Assembly: GCF_000015585.1 (NCBI RefSeq)
Contig: NC_008789.1
Span: 2,370,001 to 2,402,000 of the forward strand
Origin: Halorhodospira halophila SL1
GTDB taxonomy: Bacteria > Pseudomonadota > Gammaproteobacteria > Nitrococcales > Halorhodospiraceae
Direction: 5' to 3'
Length of the DNA stretch: 32,000 nt
In this document: positions 27,544 through 32,000 of the stretch, one piece after another
How the letters are laid out: each line of letters starts with the position of its first letter
How positions within the stretch are numbered: position 1 is the first letter of the stretch
Notes under the pieces: generated by a model
Database searches by the model: none
What the model saw: only the letters and a program-made list of their open reading frames with translations
What the model was told of the DNA's origin: nothing
Program-made: the position numbers and the translations under genes

Positions 27544-29808
27544 TCAGGCCGGACTCGGCAGCGCCTCCTGCGCCGGCAAGGCCGTGTGCCGCAGGCGCAG
27601 GCTGTTGGTGACCACCAGCAGGCTGGAGAGGCTCATCGCCCCGGCGGCCATCATCGGTGAGAGCAGCACCCCGAAGAAGGGGTACAGGGCACCCGCAGCC
27701 ACCGGCATCAGGGTCACGTTGTAGACGAAGGCCCAGAACAGGTTTTGCCGGATGGTGCGGAAGGTCTGCCGGGCCAGTCCCAGGCCCCGCGCCACGCTGC
27801 GCGGGTCGCCGGCCATGATCACCACGTCGCCGGCCTCGATGGCCACGTCCGTCCCGGTGCCCACGGCCACCCCGACATCGGCCCGGGCCAGCGCCGGGGC
27901 GTCGTTGATGCCGTCACCGACGAAGGCCACGTGCCGCCCCTCGGCCTGCAGGTCGCTGATGGCCGTCTCCTTGTCGGCAGGCAGCACCTCGGCGCGGACC
28001 TCGCGGATGGCCAACTCGGCGGCGACCGCCTCGGCGGTCGCCCGGTCGTCGCCGGTGAGCATCACCGTCCGCAGACCCATCCCCTGCAGGGCCACCACCG
28101 CGTCCTTGGCCCCCTCCTTGATCGGGTCCGCCACGGCCATCAGCCCGGCGATGCGCCCGTCGATGGCCACGTACATCGGCGTCCGGCCGCGCCGGGCCAG
28201 GGCATCGGCCTGCTCGGCCTGATCCGGCTCGATGGCTGCCCCCAGGGTCTCCATATAGCGCCGGGCGCCGATGGCCACGTCGGCCCCCGCCACCCGGCCG
28301 CGGATGCCGAAGCCGGCAACGGCCTCGACCCCTTCGGCCGCGGGCACCGCCAGCCCGCGCTCCCGCGCGGCCGCCACGACGGCCTCGCCCAGCGGGTGCT
28401 CGCTGTGCGCCTCCACCGCCGCGGCTCGAGCCAGGACCTCGTCGTACTGCCAGCCGCCCCGGGGCACTAGCTCCGTCAGCGCCGGGCGCCCCTCGGTCAG
28501 GGTGCCGGTCTTGTCCAGCACCACGGTGTCGATGCCGGCCGAGGCCTGGAAGGCCGCCCCGCGACGGAAGAGGATGCCCTGCTCGGCGCCACGCCCGGTG
28601 CCCACCATGATGGCCATGGGCGTAGCCAGGCCCATGGCGCAGGGGCACGCGATCAGCAGCACCGCCGCGGCCACGACCAGGGCGTGGTCGATGCCGAACC
28701 CGAGCGCGGTCCACAGCACCACCGCGCTGAGGGCCAGGAAGATGGCCCCCCAGACGACGACGCCGGCCACCCGGTCCACCAGGGACTGGATGGGGGGCTT
28801 GGAGGCCTGGGCCCCCTCGACCATGCGCACGATCTGGCCAAGGACCGTGTCGCCCCCGACCCGGGTGGCGCGGAAGCTAAAGGCGCCGCTGCCGTTGATG
28901 GTGCCGCCGATGACCTCGTCCCCGGCACCCCGGCCCACCGGCACCGGCTCTCCGGTGACCATGGACTCGTCGATGTAGCTCGAGCCCTCGACCACCTCGC
29001 CGTCCACCGGCACCCGCTCGCCCGGGCGCACCAGCACCCGCTCCCCGGGCCGGACCTCCTCGACCGCGACCTCGCTGACCACACCGTCGCGCTCGACGCG
29101 CGCGGTCGGGACCTGCAGGGCCATCAACCGCTGGATGGCCTGCGAGGCCCGGCCACGGCTCTTGAGCTCGAGATAGCGCCCCACCAGGACCAGGGTGATG
29201 ATCACGCCGATGGCCTCGAAGTAGACACCGCGGGCCCCTTCGGGGAACAGCCCGGGGGCGATCAGCACGGTGGTGGAGTAGCACCACGCCGCCGAGGTGC
29301 CGAGCATGACCAGGGTGTTCATCTCGGGGGCCAGGCGGCGCAGCGCCGGGAGTCCGTGGATGAAGAACCGCCGCCCCGCCCAGCCCAGGACCGGCGTGGC
29401 CAGTGCCCACTCCACCCAGAGCCAGGCGCGCTCCGGCGCCAGGGCGGCCATGGCGTCCGCCAGGGCCGGCCAGAGCATCGGGCCCATGGCCACCAGGACC
29501 AGCGGGATCGTCAGCGTGGCGGCGATGACCAGATCACGCCAGAGATCGCTCAGCTCGCGGTCGCGACCCGCCGCGGCCTCTTCATCACTCTTGCGCGGCG
29601 AGGCCCGGAACCCGCCCCGGGTCAGGGCCTCGGCGATGGCGGCGGGGCTGACCTGGGCCGGATCGTAGGCGATGGTGGCCCGCTCGGTGGCCAGGCTGAC
29701 CGAGGCCTCGGTGACCCCGGGCAGGCGCCCGGCGATGCGTTCCACCCGCGCCACACAAGAGGCGCAGGACATCCCCTCGACGCTGAGCTCGATGCGCGCC
29801 TCGGCCAT
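27544..29808 (-). CDS. copA: Copper-translocating P1B-type ATPase
   Basis: 754 aa from ATG 29806-29808 with the SD GAGGAGG; the track ORF is 5'-extended. It has an N-terminal HMA domain (GMSCASC), the CPC motif (IACPCAMGLATP), DKTGTLT and GDGINDAPAL. Confidence 0.93.
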   Translation of the reverse strand: MAEARIELSVEGMSCASCVARVERIAGRLPGVTEASVSLATERATIAYDPAQVSPAAIAEALTRGGFRASPRKSDEEAAAGRDRELSDLWRDLVIAATLTIPLVLVAMGPMLWPALADAMAALAPERAWLWVEWALATPVLGWAGRRFFIHGLPALRRLAPEMNTLVMLGTSAAWCYSTTVLIAPGLFPEGARGVYFEAIGVIITLVLVGRYLELKSRGRASQAIQRLMALQVPTARVERDGVVSEVAVEEVRPGERVLVRPGERVPVDGEVVEGSSYIDESMVTGEPVPVGRGAGDEVIGGTINGSGAFSFRATRVGGDTVLGQIVRMVEGAQASKPPIQSLVDRVAGVVVWGAIFLALSAVVLWTALGFGIDHALVVAAAVLLIACPCAMGLATPMAIMVGTGRGAEQGILFRRGAAFQASAGIDTVVLDKTGTLTEGRPALTELVPRGGWQYDEVLARAAAVEAHSEHPLGEAVVAAARERGLAVPAAEGVEAVAGFGIRGRVAGADVAIGARRYMETLGAAIEPDQAEQADALARRGRTPMYVAIDGRIAGLMAVADPIKEGAKDAVVALQGMGLRTVMLTGDDRATAEAVAAELAIREVRAEVLPADKETAISDLQAEGRHVAFVGDGINDAPALARADVGVAVGTGTDVAIEAGDVVIMAGDPRSVARGLGLARQTFRTIRQNLFWAFVYNVTLMPVAAGALYPFFGVLLSPMMAAGAMSLSSLLVVTNSLRLRHTALPAQEALPSPA

Positions 29809-29839
29809 TCGGCCTCCTCGCGCCCGGATGTTGGGGCGC

Positions 29840-30052
29840 TTAGTCGTCGGTAACCATACCGGTGAAGCCCAGCTCTTCCAGGCGCTGAGCGACCATGGCC
29901 GGATCGGGGCGTCCCTCCACGGCGGCCTCGTCGTCCTCGGCGCTGACGCTGACCACCCGCTCCACCCCGGGCAGGCTCTCCAGGGCCTCACGTACCGAGG
30001 CCTCGCAATGGGCGCAGCTCATGCCCTCAATCCGGATTCTGACCGTTTCCAT
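29840..30052 (-). CDS. copZ: Heavy-metal-associated copper chaperone
   Basis: 70 aa. METVRIRIEGMSCAHCEASV carries the MxCxxC motif. The SD GACGGAG lies 6 nt upstream, inside the 3' end of the channel gene. Confidence 0.88.
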   Translation of the reverse strand: METVRIRIEGMSCAHCEASVREALESLPGVERVVSVSAEDDEAAVEGRPDPAMVAQRLEELGFTGMVTDD

Positions 30053-30929
30053 GACTTGCTCCGTCTGCTTGGATCCGTTGCTCCAGCTTATCGACCTTGG
30101 CGTGCAGTTCGCGCAGGTGGTGAAGCATCTCTTCGCGCTCGTTGTGGGCCTTCTCCTCGGAGGCGACCCGCTTCTCTTCCTCTTCTTCCCAGTGCAGGGA
30201 CTGCATGCTATTGACGATGATACCGATGAAAAGGTTCAGAACGGTAAACGCCGACACCAGGATAAAGGCTACGAAGTAGAACCACGCCCCGGTGTACTCC
30301 TCCATCACCGGGCGGGCGATGGCCTCTGACCAGCTCTCCAGCGTCATCACCTGGAACAGGGTGTACATGCTCGCACCGATGCTGCCAAACCAGTCGGGGA
30401 AGGTGTTGCCGTAGAGCTCGGTGCCCATCACGGCAAAGACGTAGTAGACCAGCCCGAGCAGCACCCCGATCCAGCCGATGCCCGGCAGGGCGCGCAGCAG
30501 CGACTCGACAATGATGCGCAGCCGGGAGACCTGGGAGAGCAGCCGCAGCAGGCGCAGGATGCGCAGCGCGCGGAGCACCGAGTAAGCGCCGGCGTCGGGG
30601 ACCAGGGAGATCGCCACGATGCCGAAGTCGAAGAGGTTCCAGGGCCCTCGGAAGAAACGTGGCCCCCAGGCCACGACCCGCAGCGCGATCTCGACGACGA
30701 AGAAGGCGAGGATGAGTTCGTTGATCAGCGGGATGGCCCCACGACTCCACGCCACCAGATCGTCCGAGGTCTCCAGCCCCAGGGTGACGCCGTTGATGCA
30801 AATCACGGCAATGACCGTGTTCTGGAACAGCCGCGCCTCAACCAGCCCCTGCAGACGCGCGTGCCATTCCCTGATCGGGGAGCGCGCCCCCGAGCCCCGG
30901 TCACTTGAAAAAGCCAAACCCGCCTCCAT
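30027..30929 (-). CDS. Bacterial voltage-gated sodium channel (NaChBac/BacNav family)
   Basis: About 300 aa. S4 is SVLRALRILRLLRLLSQVSRLR, with Arg at every third position. The pore/filter is LFQVMTLESWSEAIARPVM. The C-terminal coiled coil is EEMLHHLRELHAKVDKLEQRI. The start is ambiguous: ATG 30927-30929 has no SD, while the in-frame TTG at 30915-30917 is preceded by GGAGG. The track start GTG at 31019 would run into the hsp20 gene. Confidence 0.85.
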   Translation of the reverse strand: MEAGLAFSSDRGSGARSPIREWHARLQGLVEARLFQNTVIAVICINGVTLGLETSDDLVAWSRGAIPLINELILAFFVVEIALRVVAWGPRFFRGPWNLFDFGIVAISLVPDAGAYSVLRALRILRLLRLLSQVSRLRIIVESLLRALPGIGWIGVLLGLVYYVFAVMGTELYGNTFPDWFGSIGASMYTLFQVMTLESWSEAIARPVMEEYTGAWFYFVAFILVSAFTVLNLFIGIIVNSMQSLHWEEEEEKRVASEEKAHNEREEMLHHLRELHAKVDKLEQRIQADGASHGNGQNPD

Positions 30930-30931
30930 CT
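30904..30931 (+). promoter_or_regulatory. Sigma32 (RpoH)-type heat-shock promoter for the Hsp20 gene
   Basis: CTTGAAA (30904-30910) - 13 nt - CTCCATCT (30924-30931), against the consensus CTTGAAA-N13/14-CCCCATnT. It lies about 80 nt upstream of the Hsp20 start. Confidence 0.65.
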
Positions 30932-31012
30932 TTAGAGTTACGGACGGGGGCACCAGCCACTGGGCCCCACTCCGAAGAACCCCCCAGTATAACGAGACAG
31001 GAGGTGATGCGT

Positions 31013-31483
31013 ATGACACTCATGCGTTACGACCCCTGGAGCACACTGCGCGACCTGCAGAGCGACCTGGACCGGATCTTCGCCCCGGGCTCGGCTCGCC
31101 CTGGCGCGCTGGCGCGGGCCGGCGAGGACAACGGCGAGACCGCCAGCAATTGGCTGCCGGCCGTGGACATCCGCGAGGATGAGCAGAACTACGTGGTCCA
31201 CGTCGACCTGCCCGGCGTCTCCCCCGAGGAGATCGATGTGGCCATGGACAACGGCATGCTGACCATCAAGGGTCAGCGCGAGTCGGAGGAGACCGAGAGC
31301 GGCGCCAACTGGAAGCGCCTGGAACGGGTCCGTGGCACCTTCTTCCGCCGCTTCACGCTGCCGGACAACGTGGACTCGGAGGGGATCCAGGCCCGCGCCC
31401 GCAATGGCGTCCTGGAGGTCACGGTACCCAAGCGCCAGGAAGAACCGGCCAAGCGCATCCAGGTGCAGGCGGCCGACGAGTAA
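31013..31483 (+). CDS. Hsp20/alpha-crystallin family small heat-shock protein (IbpA-like)
   Basis: The alpha-crystallin domain is WLPAVDIREDEQNYVVHVDLPGVSPEEIDVAMDNGMLTIKGQRE...FFRRFTLPDNVD...ARARNGVLEVTVPK. In-frame ATGs occur at 31007, 31013 and 31022. I chose 31013 because of its spacing to the SD AGGAGGTG. The track ORF start at 30905 is an extension. Confidence 0.9.
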   Translation: MTLMRYDPWSTLRDLQSDLDRIFAPGSARPGALARAGEDNGETASNWLPAVDIREDEQNYVVHVDLPGVSPEEIDVAMDNGMLTIKGQRESEETESGANWKRLERVRGTFFRRFTLPDNVDSEGIQARARNGVLEVTVPKRQEEPAKRIQVQAADE

Positions 31484-31506
31484 CCCTTCGCATCAACGAC
31501 CCACCC

Positions 31507-31531
31507 GCCGCGGCCTCGCCGCGGCTTTTTT
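31507..31531 (+). terminator. Rho-independent terminator of the Hsp20 gene
   Basis: GCCGCGG (31507-31513) and CCGCGGC (31519-31525) form a 7-bp GC stem with a 5-nt loop. TTTTTT (31526-31531) follows immediately. Confidence 0.85.
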
Positions 31532-31602
31532 GTGGCTACAGGCGCCATCCGCCGGACGCGCGGGGTTGGGGTTCCCCCGCCGGCTGGCGCATACTGCCGG
31601 TT

Positions 31603-31977
31603 ATGGAGCTTCGAAGCCGGACAAGAGCGGGACGGGTGGGCCTCGGGCTGGTACTCGCCGCCGTGACGCTGGGGGCGTGCACCGGCTATGGCCACCAGCA
31701 GCGACCGGCCCCCGAACCGACCGACACCCAGCCCGACTACTCGGACCCGCGCCAGTGGCCGGGTAGCCACCAGCTCGACCCGGATGCCGGCGATCGCAGC
31801 ACCCGGGACGAAATGCGCGCGGCCGGCACCGAGATGTACAACCTGGGTCGCGATGCCGAACTCGAGGCGGGGGTCCGCGAACTCCAGCAAGGCATCCGCC
31901 AGGAACAGTCCGAGGTCCTCGGCACCTTCCCGGAGATCTACGGTCGCGGCGCCTGGCGGCGCTTCCCGACGCGCTAG
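31603..31977 (+). CDS. Hypothetical lipoprotein
   Basis: 124 aa. The signal peptide plus lipobox is LVLAAVTLGACTG. No family recognised; the SD is weak. Confidence 0.6.
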   Translation: MELRSRTRAGRVGLGLVLAAVTLGACTGYGHQQRPAPEPTDTQPDYSDPRQWPGSHQLDPDAGDRSTRDEMRAAGTEMYNLGRDAELEAGVRELQQGIRQEQSEVLGTFPEIYGRGAWRRFPTR

Positions 31978-32000
31978 GGTGACGGCCTGGCTAGCCCTCG

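Overview
This is a visibly GC-rich, almost fully coding proteobacterial chromosomal segment (I cannot assign a taxon from sequence alone). Positions 1-22624 are one uninterrupted run of minus-strand genes. The left 13 kb holds a Che2/F7-like chemosensory cluster. In transcription order it reads: Hpt protein, STAS protein, cheY, cheA, cheW, a soluble MCP with a C-terminal zinc-binding CZB domain, a ParA-like ATPase, a soluble PAS-HAMP MCP ending in EWEEF, cheR, cheD, cheB and a membrane-hairpin MCP. A stem-loop follows, then a second (phosphorylatable) STAS protein and a REC-PP2C phosphatase that runs off the left edge. Upstream on the same strand lie two tandem Slp lipoproteins and an isochorismatase-family hydrolase (tightly coupled to the Hpt gene), a TroA/ZnuA-type metal ABC importer, pgi, UDP-glucose 6-dehydrogenase, a UDP-glucuronate-epimerase-like SDR, a SAM methyltransferase and a lipoprotein. 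The right part holds a plus-strand orphan, divergent uvrA/ssb, a NaChBac-type voltage-gated Na+ channel whose 3' end overlaps copZ-copA, a divergent sigma32-type promoter driving an Hsp20 gene, and a lipoprotein. I recognised no rRNA, tRNA, CRISPR, transposase or phage genes. The best candidate for an unusual system is the chemosensory array, which is physically bracketed by the three parts of an HptB/HsbR/HsbA-type (CrsR/CrsA-type) partner-switch. It carries extra features: a non-phosphorylatable STAS ahead of cheY, a ParA-like ATPase between two soluble receptors, a CZB receptor, and shared GDV[DE]LF C-terminal tails. Many long ORFs in the supplied track are antisense shadows or 5'-overextended. 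I reset starts where a start codon, a Shine-Dalgarno (SD) sequence and the neighbouring stop codon support it.
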